In this document: in pieces, positions 36,040-48,933 of the stretch
Layout: every line of letters begins with the position of its first letter
How positions within the stretch are numbered: position 1 is the stretch's first letter
Made by a program: the position numbers and the translations under genes
Assembly: GCA_013239625.1 (NCBI GenBank)
Contig: MU054187.1
Coordinates: 8,590,358 to 8,654,357 of the forward strand
Direction: 5' to 3'
Origin: Lama guanicoe
Lineage: Eukaryota
DNA: 64,000 nt
Notes under the pieces: model-generated
Told to the model about the DNA's origin: nothing
What the model saw: only the letters and a program-made list of their open reading frames with translations
Database searches by the model: none

Positions 36040-37012
36040 TTTGGAGTGATATCAATATAAATGGTGAAGTAAGGAACTCCGAAAGTCCACCTTTTATAAT
36101 AGCAACAACAGCAAAACTGGCAAATTGGTAGAATCAACTAGTTTTAAACTTCAGAAATTAATTGAAAGCTTGCAGCAATCCAGGGAGTGCTTATTCAAGA
36201 AAATGGCTAATTCTTGGTAAGACCAATGAGCTTTGTGGCATTTTAATTTACTCTAGTCTCATCCTAGCGCCCTCAGACTTGAAAATAATAGCCCACATTC
36301 CCAGCACTGGTGCTGGAGAGAGAAGAATGGACCTTATTTGCAAAGAATTGTTATTTTTTGTTTTGACTAGTCTGGCTCAAAAGACTCGTCTTTATCTCAC
36401 CTATCATACCCAGTGCTAAAGCTGCAATGGGTGGTGGGTAGGAGTAAGGGGATGAAGTTGGTACATTGGTTGAAAACATTTATAGATAAATGCTTTAGTT
36501 CCTCTTGTCTAAGGCAATAGACAACTGTTGGAGAAAAAAAAATAGACTTATCAGAAAGCTTGGAAGAAAAGGCTAGAGAATGAGGTGCTTTTAGAAGTAA
36601 CAACTGTGAAAGGCTCTGAAATATTTCTGAGAACCTAGAAGGCTGCACACATGCCCAGGGCTGTGTGCAGATGGAAAGACCTAAGAAGACCCGAAGCTCT
36701 TACCTCTGGCTAACCTTGAGATTCTGCACAAGAAGACAGAGAAGTCTAAGGCAGAGTTGTACACTGCTTGGAGAAATGTTGAATGCATACCTCAAGAAAC
36801 ACAGAGACCTTCTGCAAAAAGAAGTTTTTTTGATTCAAAATACTTAAGGAAATTCTTTTCCAATCTTTAGCTGACCACTAAGCAAATGGAACAGAGGTAT
36901 CAGTGTCCACACATGACAAGGAACATCTACAAAATTAGTTGACAAAAATCACTAAACGAGCAAACAACAACAGAAAGCAACAGTAAATCTTGGGGAATAG
37001 GTAGAATCTGAC
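36040..37012 (+). mobile_element. L1 5' region (L1MD 5end-like)
   Basis: 'ttgcagcaatccagggagtgcttattcaagaaaatggctaattcttggtaagaccaatgagctttgtggcatttt', 'gaacctagaaggctgcacacatgcccagggctgtg', 'ggtagaatctgacttt'. Confidence 0.8.
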
Positions 37013-37013
37013 T

Positions 37014-37160
37014 TTGCCTCTGTCTTTTTATCTGTAAAGTGGAGATAATAGCAGTTTCTACCTAATGAAGCGTTAGTAACGATTCAATGAGTTCGTATAT
37101 GCAAAGCTCTGAGAAAAGTGCATAACTGAGAAAATGTTTAATAAATGTAACTAGTATTAG
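37014..37160 (+). mobile_element. MIR 3' half
   Basis: 'gcctctgtctttttatctgtaaagtggagataatagcagtttctacct...gagttcgtatatgcaaagctctgagaaaagtgc'. Confidence 0.8.
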
Positions 37161-39794
37161 CCATCAGCAAAACATTCCAGGCTCTGTGCTAGAATCTGGG
37201 TTTTCAGAGCTCAGTAAAATGCTACCAAGGACAACTTTCTGGTGCGCCTTTTTGCCGCCGTCGTTCTCCCAGTTTTTCATTCTTCTCTTGGTGTTTTCCT
37301 CCTCCAGCCTCCACAGAGAACAGTCCACTGGCTGGTCTTACAATCCGGTTCTAGTGGATGCTCATGAGCCTTTTGACTCGTTTTTGAAATTCTTCACTGT
37401 CAACACCTGAGTAAACTTTAGATTTGGTAGGATAAGCTGGATAGGAATCCATCCAAGGAATTTAATGAAAGGACTTAACAAAAGCTAACAGACCACTTGA
37501 AGCTAATGCTCACCATATGTACATGTGTATTTTTCTCTAGCGGCTGAAAACAGAAACACGATTAAGAGAAAAACTTGAGTATCTGGGCAGGAGATGTTTC
37601 CAATGTGAGTTTAATATTAATAAGCATTTTGATATTCCACTATGATTTTAATGAACTAACAGTTTTTAAGAAAGAACAGAGCCTCACATTAGCTTACAAA
37701 GTGAGTATTTTCATATTCTGCAACACCCGGTTGTATTTCCAAGCAGAACAAATCTCTCTTGTTCCTTGGACTTTTTTCCCCTTGACTTGAGCTGGTCATA
37801 GACCTACATAATCTCTAAAGCTCATTCCACTTAATCTATTTTTGATTTTAGGATCTCTATTAACTGCTCGTTCTTTTCCATTTTTGTATTTGTTTCTATT
37901 AAATTTCAATAGAAGCAGCGAAACTCAAATCTGTATGCACCTCTCAATCTTGGAATTATTTCACTGATTGATTCATTTTAGTCATCTCTGTATATGTTTA
38001 TTTAGAGACCGAAATTTCATTGTGTAGTCTCAGCCAACTCTATTAAAACATCAGTTGAAAAGGTGGTAGTCATCTGACAGGTACAGTGATTTCGGGTTGA
38101 GTGTTTCACTTCCTGACTATTTTGGCATCAGGATGACCCAAGTCATACACAGGTCTGGTGTTCCAATACAGTCATGCCTCCGAATTCATTTATTGACTTA
38201 CCATGGGTAAATCTCTTCCATTTCTAAGCTCTGGCATCATTTATTAGGAAGATAAATGACAGTAATTAAGCTTCAAGGCCATAAGTGTTGAAACTTTTTG
38301 GAATTAGTGAGCTATTAAAATGACAGAGTGCCTGGCTCTGTCTAGGTGAGTTTCGGTCTTTGACCTCCGGCTCTACTTCTTGCAGTGACCTCGGCTGACT
38401 CTCCTAATAGTGCGCGTTGTTTCCGGGAAGCCAAATACAACCCCACAGGCAATGAACTGAATGGGTGGCCAGAGTGTTTTTAAAGACCACTTTCGCTAGA
38501 TTGTGTAATGCTAAGCTAGGCAGATGATAAGCATTATCTTTCAGTTAATGTTTGTTAATCTATTAAATTGAATAGCTGCTGATCAACCATCTCTTCAAGA
38601 AGAACAATTACTTCTTTTTACAAAACAGACTCAGGTTGTGTCTTTTTTGCCTTTTTTCTTGAAAATAAAGGAAACTCGGGATTTAATCATTTAAAACAGC
38701 TAAAATGTAACTAATAAGGTTATGTTGGTTTAAATTTTTGTAAGTAATGTGAACCAAATTGCAACTTTTTAAGAGAGAAAAGATCTTGACCAGAACCAGT
38801 AAGTATAAACAGACGTGAGAGGAATACATTTGATTTGTATTTTCCTTTCTAAATATGGTTCTAAATTCCTGTGTAGTTTAGCAGACTCTGGGTGTGAAAA
38901 TACCATAGAGTTACTGTGAATTTGTGAATATTATCCTCATTTGCTATTTTTCATTATCTGAGCTCCCACAATGCATCAGAGGACTTTGCTAAGCACGGTG
39001 TTTTACAGAATTTTCCTGTCCAGTCCATTCACATTCTAAACTGCACAGGCATTATTTCATATTTCAGGTCTTTTTCATTATGAAACTTTATTTTGGTATG
39101 CTCAAAACACTTCCCCTCCAATGAAGTGACTATTTTACAGTGCTACTTATTTTTTCAAAACTTGAGTGGTTTGAAAACATGAAGAAAATGTCAGGTGAGA
39201 CATAACATCTTTTCACGGTGGGCTAAAAAGATGTAGAACTTCAGCAAAGCAGAAGACCATGCTAAAGAAGCATCGTTACTGCTTAGATAGGACATTCTAA
39301 TTATAAGCTTGACTATTTTATTATTTTATGAAAAGACGATTTTAGTATCATCTGTGGTCAGAAATACTCTCTAAGAATTTTACACTTCTTGGATTTAACT
39401 GAAGATCCAGCACAAAATTTAAGAACTTAAATCATAAAGAAAATGTTGAATTGATGAACTTGAAAAAACATTAAGGACAGTATTCTGGTAAGCCATTTTC
39501 ATGCTAGTGACTTTTCTGTCTCTCAAAGGCATGCTCTGCGTCTTCTAATCTTCATCACTTTTCCAAAGTGTTTCCTTGTCAATTTTCTTCTATCCATAGG
39601 AACACCCAAGCATCTGTTTTAAAAGTCTTCCCATCTGATTGGCCATATAGTTAAGAAAGGAATTAAATATTTTGCATTATTTAAAATATTTAACATTTAA
39701 GCATTTGTTGAAGTATTGAAAAAGAAGTTATTTCAGAAAACCAACATATATCATTGGACATAGCAAGACAAACTTCTCCCCCACAAAAATAGCA

Positions 39795-39910
39795 TTCAGA
39801 CTAGAATGCAAATTTCACAAGGGCAGAAATTCTTTACCTGCTATAAATCTCAGGACCAAGACAGACATCAAGTGGATGTTCAATAAATCTTTTTGAATGA
39901 ATGAATGAGT
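39795..39910 (+). mobile_element. L2 3' end
   Basis: 'agactagaatgcaaatttcacaagggcagaaa...gttcaataaatctttttgaatgaatgaatga'. Confidence 0.75.
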
Positions 39911-41371
39911 TCATGCAATGTTGTAATATTCTTTCTTATTTCTATTTTAGATGTACTTAGGTTTATATTTTGGATTTCAGATTTATATGTCCAAATTAAA
40001 TATGGAAACTGGTCAGCCTAATCACATTTAATTATATTAGTCACATTTCCTCATATAGTTTACTTCCATTTGTCTCATTCCTAAAATTTTAAACTCAGGT
40101 TCAGGACTACCCTAAATAACCTTCAGTACTAGCTTTTAGAGTTTCACATTTTGTTGCTGAAGGAATCACACAGCAACTCATGACTCTGTACAGTGGAATT
40201 TCATTTATTGGAAAGGGGTATTTTAGTTTCCCATTAGTCCTATTGTCTGAACACGCTTTGTTACTTTGCCCTCATTGTATACATTGTGAAATTAGAAAGT
40301 TAAATATATTAGGAAAAATACTGGAATTTAGATTACAACATATTCTCCTTTCAAAAGAAATAATTCTTTCTAATTACATATTTTTAAGAGGAAGGAAGGA
40401 AGGAAAGAAAAAAAGGGAGGGAGGAAGAAAAAAGTCAAGGGAAAATTAGAATGGAGAAAAATCAATATGAAAATATATCAGAATAAGAAACTAGAGGGCA
40501 CAAATCGATTTTTAAAGGTAGTGCTATCCTGTCTTGTTTTCTTTCAATTTGGTCAGCAAGAGTCTATTTCCTATAACCCGAAAATTGATAACATTAAGCT
40601 TTTGGAGGGGCAAAGCTTAGAATCAGATCTTGATGGGCGGTGACTTATGCTAACTGGGGCAACTTCTATTGGCAACTTCCAGTGCGCAAGTATCTAATAA
40701 CTCCCTGTCTGAAGGTCTTGTCTGCTGGTTTTGGGCACATCATGACTGTGGCATTAATTATATTATCTCATTTTTAAGGGACAATGGAAGAACACCCTTT
40801 CCAAAAATATTTACTCCATTGTTTTCCCAGATCTGACACAGACATTTCATTTTGTTGAAGTCAAGGTGGATAAAATTTGTAGGTGGATAAAACTTGTACG
40901 TGGGTTACTAGCACAATTCTTGGAGTAATCTGGGAACAGACTTTGTTCTGGTCCTGGATTACTAAATTCAGGAATGTATTTGGCCCAGCTTCTATTTGAT
41001 CAAAGCCTGAGCGTGATGAATGACATAGTCTTCCTTCCTAAGAGTACATGCTGTGCCCTGCAGTTGTGTAATCTCTGATAACTGTGTAAACCCAAGATTG
41101 ACAAAATGCATCAGAAACAGATAACGTAATCCCTGGCCTGTATCCAGGTAGTCTATGTGCAGAACTACCCAGCCTTGATTTAGAGAGAGCATGTTATGCT
41201 GCAAAAAGATCTCTTAAACTTCGAGCTTTCTCCCTTTCATTCCTTGAGTGAGTGCAGAAGCCAATTCTCTTCCTGTAGATTCCGTCCTCCTAATGATGCT
41301 GAAGTTCATTAGCTCCTCCTTACTCCCAGACCAGTGCCTCACATGCAGCCTCCAAAAAGAGACAGTGACAG

Positions 41372-41560
41372 GAGAACATCATGAACTTTAGCATCAAAGG
41401 GAACTGGGCTCAAGGACCAGCTCCATCTCTTCCTGACTCCCTTCTGGGACTTAAGCAAAGCATATAAGCTTTGTGAGACTCAGTTTTCTCGTTTGAAAAG
41501 TGAGAATAATTATTTTTACCTCAAGGGATGTTACTTGGATAAAATAGACAAAAATAAGTA
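41372..41560 (+). mobile_element. MIR
   Basis: 'ctgggctcaaggaccagctcc...gagactcagttttctcgtttgaaaagtgagaataatt...acctcaagggatgtt'. Confidence 0.75.
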
Positions 41561-41564
41561 CCGT

Positions 41565-41755
41565 GTATCTAGTGCTTTCGATGTGCTCTGATATTTAGTC
41601 TTTACAATGGTCCCAATATATGTCTCTTATTGTCATCATTTTATAGATAAGAAACTGTGACACAGGTAAGTTGAGTAACTGTTATAAAGTCACCAAGCTA
41701 GTAAGGGAGGAGTCAGGATTTGAATCAAGGCAAACTGGCTCCAGAGCCGTTCAGC
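41565..41755 (-). mobile_element. MIR
   Basis: 'cattttatagataagaaactgtgacacaggtaagttgagtaact...aagtcaccaagctagtaagggaggagtcaggatttgaatcaaggca'. Confidence 0.85.
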
Positions 41756-42775
41756 AACCCCATGATTACTGCATGTGCCAAGCACCTAGCGTGGTTTCTG
41801 GTACACAGGAGACACTGAGCCGCAGTAGCCTCTGATGTGTTTCTTTGACTCAGATGCTACTATCTGACAATATCTCCTGCAAGGTTTTCCTGGAACCAGC
41901 TCTCTGGAATACAAATCTGATTTTGTCTGCAATTAAAAATATAGTAAAAATATTTATAATATTTTCCCATTGCCTAAGGAAAAAGAAAAGTCTGAACTTT
42001 TAAATGTGCCATTACAAAGCCTTCAACAATATGGTTGCCACTTACTTTTCTAGAACCATCTTTTGTCTTTGGGATAAGTGGCAGTAGAAACGGGGAGGTC
42101 CAGAAAGAAGAGTGTTCCTCCACCCTTCCACTTCAAGGAGAGGAAAAGCCTTTGTATGTTTGTATATATCTTCAATGACTGGAGGCTTCCTGAAAGGAAA
42201 GCAAGCTCTCTGTCGGAGGAGATTACTGAACACGCCCTTTGTGTTTCGTGGATTGGCAAAGGAAAGCGGCCAGCTCCCTGGGTGGCTGCCTGGGATTAGC
42301 CAAGGGCAGTGTTTGCATGCTCCTCGAAGGCCAGATGCCTAAATTCACTCAGGCCAAGCATGTTTTAATTGTCAAGACTTCAGAAAAGAGAGTACCTACA
42401 GCTGAACGTTCCAGGCCCTGTGAGTGCTGGGGGCTGAGGGGTCCAGCGGAGTAGGGAGGACGGCTTCCTCAGGACCTTCCAGAGCAGGAGCTAGGCGCGC
42501 TGGCCTTAGCAAACACCTGCTGCTGCAATAGGGAGCTCAGGTAGCCATGGCAACATCAAATTCCCCACTGGGATGTAGCTGACTCACGGACCTCACCAGT
42601 GCCTGTGTAAGACCTGGGGTCCTTCAGTGATCCAGGGAAACCCAACAGTGTGATAATAAACTTCTTGCTAGCAAGGCTTCTGGGGTTTTCACTAAGTTTT
42701 TATTTAATTTGAAAAAATTTTAAATGTGACACAGTTTATATCATAAAGTATGAAACTGTTTGGACTCATTCTGTA

Positions 42776-43174
42776 CAGACGTACCTTGGAGACATTGCAG
42801 GTTTAGTTCTAGATCATGTATTGCAATAAAGTGAGTCACACGAATTTTTTGGTTTCCCAGTATACATATAAAAGTTATGGTGTACACTATACTGTAGTCT
42901 GTTAAGTCTGCAATAGCATTATGTCTTAAAAAACAGTGTACATTCCTCAATTTAAATATACTTTATTGTGGTGAGGAGGGTGGAGCACATGCTTAGCATG
43001 CTCGAGGTCCTGGGTTTAATCCTCAGTACCTCCATTAAAAATAAATAAAAACAAAAATACGTTATTGCTAAAGAAAAATGTTAAATCATTATCTGATAAT
43101 GCAGGATTGCCACAAACCTCAATTTGTAAAACAGAAGATGTCTGCAAAGCACAATACAACGTGGTACACTTTGG
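42776..43174 (-). mobile_element. Internally deleted Tigger1 derivative (both ends present), interrupted by a SINE
   Basis: 'ta-cagacgtaccttggagacattgcaggttt...gcaataaagtgagtcacacgaattttttggtttcccag' is the reverse-complement Tigger1 3' end; 'gcaggattgccacaaacctcaatttgtaaa...tctgcaaagcacaata' is the reverse-complement 5' end. Confidence 0.88.
42969..43052 (+). mobile_element. tRNA-Ala-derived camelid SINE (Vic-1-like) with 15-bp TSD
   Basis: 'gagcacatgcttagcatgctcgaggtcctgggtttaatcctcagtacctcca' plus A-rich tail; TSD aaatatactttattg (42954-42968) / aaaaatacgttattg (43053-43067). Confidence 0.88.
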
Positions 43175-44199
43175 TATCTGGGATGTCTACATTTCTGTGG
43201 GCTTAATCTCCTAAACAGCTCCTGAACACGTCCCTGCCACTTCATTTTCACTCACCAAGCTAATTTCAAATACTATCATCTGAGACTAGCATCATGCATA
43301 TAATTGGTAATAAAGTAATAATAAACAAACATGAATAGTTGAGACCATAGACAGCCAAGAAATAACGTGAAAAATCCTGCAAAGCGCCTGTCTGTGAGAT
43401 TGTTGTTCGGTGTGCCTTTCTCCTTAATCCAAATTAGCTGTGGGAAGAAACCACTGGCATCTCCAACACTCAAACCCAGCACCCAGAGTAACCCACGTAA
43501 CACTGTTTCATGAAATCGTTAAACTATCATACTGTTCATAGTTGACACTTCGGTTGCATGTTTTTGCTGGACCCCATTCTAAGAGCTTTTCATGAATCAA
43601 CTCACTTACTCCTTGCAACACCCCTATGAGGAAATGCACCGACCCAAACAGAATCACATTAAACACAAGCCTTACCCAACACAGAGCTTTACAAATGACC
43701 AGTGAAAGAAACAAGACAGAAGCAACCATCACTGACATAGAACCAGTATCCAGGAGACCCTGAACTCTGAGATGGAGCTTCCTTTTCCTGGACTGAGTTA
43801 CACTCTGGCTTTGAATTAACAGAAAATCACTATGCGTGAAGTACAAGTGAGCACAAGGAAGCTGCGTATTTTCAGGGTGTCCCTGTTTTTGTGTCTCCTT
43901 CATCACACAGCTCCATGTTAATGACCCAGTCCATGTTTGTTACCAAATTTCTGTTCTCCAGTGGAGCTGTGATTCATAAGCCTATAATTTACAGATCAAT
44001 TTATGATACAAAATCTACATAGACCAAGTATATTCTCCTAAAAGCCGTATTAGATACGAATTTAGGGGAGAATTAATGCTAATAGCCCCTCATGTTGTCT
44101 TTCAACTATTAAAAAAGTTTGTATGTTGAAGGCAGTCTCTGAAGGAAGGAGGAACTGGGTTACAGACCTGCTGTTTCTCTCTTTCTTCCCCAGTGATTG

Positions 44200-44345
44200 T
44201 AGCTACTATCACCCCTATTTTGCAAATGAAGAAACTGAGGTTCAGCGGGGTTAAGTGACTTGCCCAAGGTCACACAGCTAGTGAATGGCCTAGAAATGAA
44301 CATAGGCCTGTGGGCGTTAGAATGTACACTCTCAACTATTGCAGG
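44200..44345 (-). mobile_element. MIR
   Basis: 'cccctattttgcaaatgaagaaactgaggttcagcggggttaagtgacttgcccaaggtcacacagctagtgaatggc', near-consensus MIR core. Confidence 0.92.
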
Positions 44346-46832
44346 AGACAGGTAGGTAGCAGATAACTATCTGCCGCGTGAGGTTGTGTTCTGGATTTAG
44401 CCCAGTTTTTGTGTTTTCCTTTCCCCAGTAAAACCAGGAAGAAAAATTTCTGCTCACTGTTAGAATATAGTGGTGATTACAACATTCAGATTAGAGAAAA
44501 AAGCAAGAGCTACAGTGTAGTGCAAACAGAGACCCTTAGGGGGAGTCAGTCCAATAGAGAGGCCATGTTGCGGAGTACGTTAAAGGGAAGTAAACCTCCT
44601 AAATTGCAGTCATGGCACAGATCTGCTATTACTGCAGCTCCTGAGGACTGTGAACTTACAGTCGGAAGTTTGAGCAGACACAAACAGAATTGGAGCATCT
44701 TCCCAGGCTAATAACAAAGACCTTGTGATGACTCCATCACAAATTGTACAGAACGCACGCGGCATGGAGATCAGGGAACATGGAAGCAAAAGGAGAGTCT
44801 CTTAGAAAAAAATTCTGTAACAGAAAGAGTTCTCCTCACCATACCTGGGGGAGGGTTTTTATAATCACTTCGTGGGAAGATAGTTAATATCAGAATCATA
44901 TTTGTACAAGTCTCCATTTGATATATTTAATGTGTATATGTCATGTTAAAGCCAATTCAGTAAAGTATGCTTGGTCTTTCATGAAGATAATTTCATTAAA
45001 AGAACAAAATCAATATTTTAAAAATAATCTTTTGTTTGTTTGAATGTAAATATAAACACATTCATTCAGGTAATGGTTTTGATAACTATCTGAACTCCAA
45101 AGAGCAAGTATGATAAATATTCTGTTACCCAAAATTGCTCAACGATGTAAACGGTGCTCTTGACGTATTCTTTTTAGCAAATCTTCTTGGCTGGGTCCAT
45201 TATATTCCCTGTGATGCCATTGCTTTAGGGGGCACTCAGTGGATTTTTCTTGAAGGAAAGTATTGCCTCACTGGTAGCTTTTTAGATTTATCCTCCCAAA
45301 CGTCCTGCCCTAGAAAAACATATGATTTTAGAAAGGATGATCCTGACGGAAAATGAAATAGTCACAGATGTCTCAATTATATTTCTATTCTTTTCTCACA
45401 CAGACACATACACACACACACAAACCCTGCAGAAACCAGAATTTTTATCCCTTCACTATGTAAGAAATGAAGGACTAAAAATTTACATTTGCCATCTCAC
45501 CTCCGTGTCACCTTCCCGGGCTTTGATGTAATGCAACAGAATGACAGCTCCTATTTAATTAAACAGATATCTGGATTAGCTCCAGCTGCGGGCCATGCAA
45601 TCAGTCCTGGTGAGAGCAAAAGGGGGTGTAATCCCCGGCCCATAGATCATTTCTGCATGGAAATCTGCTCTCACTCAAAGCCATCCACCGGCCGCTGAAA
45701 ATGATTTTTCTCCTGTATGCAGCAGCCCCCCACTCCCCCACCGTCCTCACCTTATGAAAAGAGCCAGAAAGGCTAAGAGCTTGATATGTCATCTTCTTTT
45801 AAGTACTTTTTAATCAAAAGAGGCCCTGCCTGTTGATACCCCCAGCACTTCTTTGTTTGCTGCAAGAAGCTCTATAGATGTGGTTTGCTGTTTAATGCAG
45901 TTTTTTTTTTCACATGCGTCTCTCCAGATGGGTGTAATTTGATTCTTTGATACATATTGAACAGATTTTTTAGAAATAGCTTTTTTAGAGGCAGATTTCT
46001 GTTGCAGTATGACTTCATCTTTCTTCCAAAAGGAGATATCTTGATCCTTCTGATTGGGTTTACTCACAAAACCCATTCTTTCACTTCAGAAGCCTGCAAG
46101 AGCCTGTCTCTTACAGATTTAGACCAACCATGGCCAGCGGAGAGAGGAGGGACATGTCTGTTTTGCTGGGCTTCCTAAGGATGAACAGAGACTCATCAGT
46201 CTGGGGTGGTTTGCCTACCAGGAGGCATAAAGAAACCCCTTGAAGTTATTCAGAGGAAGGAGGGGGTAAATATGCACAACAGGGGCAGCTCAGTTACTAT
46301 GTGTGGTTTAGAAGAGGATGAGCTGAACCCACCGATGTTCCTGTGGTTTCAGCTCTGGGTGAGTGCAAGGGCATCTTCTTGCCAGAGGTAGGCACAGGGG
46401 TGAGCAGGAAAAGTTCCAAAGATATCTTGGATTTATGTGCTTATTCTTGATGGCATCTTTTTTAAAAAATTAGCATAAGTTATCAGGCTTCTCCAGTGCG
46501 TTTCCGTTACAAATACTTCTGCAAGCCGAGTCAAAATTCTCATTCCATTACACACGGAAGTTTTCACAATTCTAAGTGGTTTGCAGCTTGAAGCCAAGAG
46601 GACAAATAGATTTGCTTTTCTAAAAATTAATGAAAAAGTCCACTTGACCTGGATTCTCCTCTGATTCTTGAAACTCACCTGCCAGAGTGAATTGAAGCTC
46701 AGAGGCCAGCACTGGGAGTGAAAGAGAGTTAGCTTTGGGTGGAACTCCCTGTCCCTTAGCACGGCAGTAAGAGGAAAAAGGTGGTGTACAGTCCTCCCGG
46801 AGCCTGAGTGAAGAGGTGGGGGAGCTCTGACA

Positions 46833-46947
46833 AGGCTGGGCCTCAGCCCCAGAGACTCTGATTCCGTGGGTTTGAATGGGGTCTGGCCAGCAAAGGTTTC
46901 ATAGGTCTCCATCTGAATCTAATGTGCAACCAGGTGAGACCCACTGT
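46833..46947. mobile_element. MER5A fragment
   Basis: 'gctgggcctcagccccagagactctgattccgtgggtttgaatgggg...tctaatgtgcaaccaggtgagacccactg'. Confidence 0.75.
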
Positions 46948-47699
46948 CATAAAGACCCTTTTAAAATATTTGACTCTGGATTTCTAGTCTAATTTCATTG
47001 TCAGAACAGACCCTTACTGCTCCAGCTACAGATTTTATGTCAACAGCAATCCTTCATTCAAATAGAGAAGGCTGCAGTCTAGCTCGTACTGAAAAGTGAG
47101 TCCCCTCTTCCTGGTTGGGGCAAAGAGCAGCAGGAAGCTTAGCTCTGATGTTAGCACGTCCTGGGCTTGTGCCACCCATCATGAGACAGTGGTACAAAGA
47201 GCCGCCCTTGAACAGTTGCTGTATCAGCTCATCGCCGTGGACTACGATGCCTGGGGCCAAGTGGACCTTTTTGTCTTCTCAAGGACATCAGTTAGGTTAG
47301 TACTTTCTTAAGGGAAGAGACATCTAGTGACATCATTATTATGAGGTAAAAGGTACAAATTAGTTACTTGAGTCTTCAAATAGAACCTTGAAGGTTGTCA
47401 TCTGCCTCAGCTAGTAGCCTGTGGGTCTCTTAATGGACTGGATCAATCAGAGAACACATTAGATCATAGTTGCAACTCAGAAATATACCAATACATCAAA
47501 TCCTCTGTTCTCATCAACTAAGATTGCAATTTCAGGGGTTTTTGTGTTGACCCAGTGTTTTACAATGAAAAGGAAAATAGTTTGAAAATCATTAAGCCAG
47601 ATTCTTGCCCTGGATCTGTTAAGCACCAGTTGTGTGCACCAGGGACATTAAGTAACAGTGACAAAAACAGATGTGGGGACAACAAATTGGTGAATATGG

Positions 47700-47925
47700 A
47701 CTAAGAATGCATACTTGTTAAGACCTTTGTATGCTTTATCTTATTTAACTTTTACCAAAAAAAAAAACCCTGTAAAATAAGTGTTATTGTTATTATCTCA
47801 TTTTTAAGATGAGGTTTGGAGATGTTAAGTGTATTGTGCAAGGTCACCCAGCGCTGAACTGGAAGAAACAGGATTGAAACTCATGTCTGCCTGGCTTCTA
47901 AGCCAGCGCCCTTAACTATTATGTG
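47700..47925 (-). mobile_element. MIR
   Basis: 'ttattatctcatttttaagatgagg...gttaagtgtattgtgcaaggtcacccagc...ggattgaaactcatgtctgcctggcttc'. Confidence 0.85.
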
Positions 47926-48109
47926 AAGCTTAACAGGTCCTTGCTGTATTCCAGCTCAGAAAACAGTGGGTTTTTTCTGAGTGATCTTCAGCTCACAGTA
48001 CCATCTAATACTACTTTAAGTTGCACTGCACAAGCACTCATCCAGCCCTAAACGGAATTTGCTAAGTAGTTAGTGCTCCATAAATAATGGAAGTGTTTAG
48101 GTATTTCAC

Positions 48110-48300
48110 ACGTTCATTTCCACAAATACTTGCCCAAAGTCTAATCTAAGTGACGGATTAGGTGATAGAAATAAAAAATGGACAAGATGATCCCCTCACC
48201 TCAAGGTGCATCTAGTTGCAGGGTAATAAACGACAGGAAATTGTACATCGTATGTTTATATTGTCAAGAGTAACATCAAGGGGGCAATGTCTTGTCAAGC
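48110..48300 (-). mobile_element. L2 3' end fragment
   Basis: 'ttcatttccacaaatacttg...ataaaaaatggacaagatgatcccctcacctcaaggtgcatctagtt'. Confidence 0.6.
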
Positions 48301-48933
48301 ACAGACTTTTTATGAAGTGAGTAGAATCATGCCATGGCCAAGTTCAGAATGTTGTATTTTCCTGTATCAGGTGCTCTGGTCAATGATTTGAACGAGATTT
48401 TCTTGAATAAACACAACACACACAATGACACTTGAAGCATGCATTTCATTAGGCTCTCCGGTTTCCCATTTTACTCACACATTTGGGGATTTGTTTCTTG
48501 CAGAAGGGTGTTGGCAGGGCAAGTTCCCTGTGTCAGCAGCAGTGCTGTTAGCCTCTTTGACAAGACTTGGAGGGAACCCAAATTCCTACCAGTGGACTTA
48601 CTGCTTTGGGTTAAGGCTTTGATAAAATATCACTGTGATGTATCAAATGTCATAAATCAAATAGCGTATCAATGCCATTTGGACACATGCTTAAGGGACC
48701 TATTATTCAGGAGAATTCAGGATCCCTAAGGGAATTAAATAATAACAATAAAAAAGACAGGGAAGTTTCTATAAGGTGTGAAAGAATTGGGCAAAGTCTA
48801 GAGGTGGAGGATGACTGAAGATAGCAGAATATGGAGCCAAAATTCACCATGGTCAAGGGATACAAGTCACATTTGGGGGCAGATACTCCCAAAGAGGATA
48901 TAAAAGGGGACAGGACACATGAGACACACTTCC

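Noticed and set aside
41372..41755. Oppositely oriented MIR pair as a dsRNA/editing substrate
   Set aside because: Copies look too diverged for a stable long duplex, and there is no evidence of transcription
42969..43035. tRNA-Ala(AGC) gene
   Set aside because: D-arm/A-box is missing and it has an A-tail and TSD, so it is a SINE copy
44400..45010. Possible ancient LTR or internal retroelement fragment
   Set aside because: Composition is suggestive, but I could not identify termini, TSD or protein motifs
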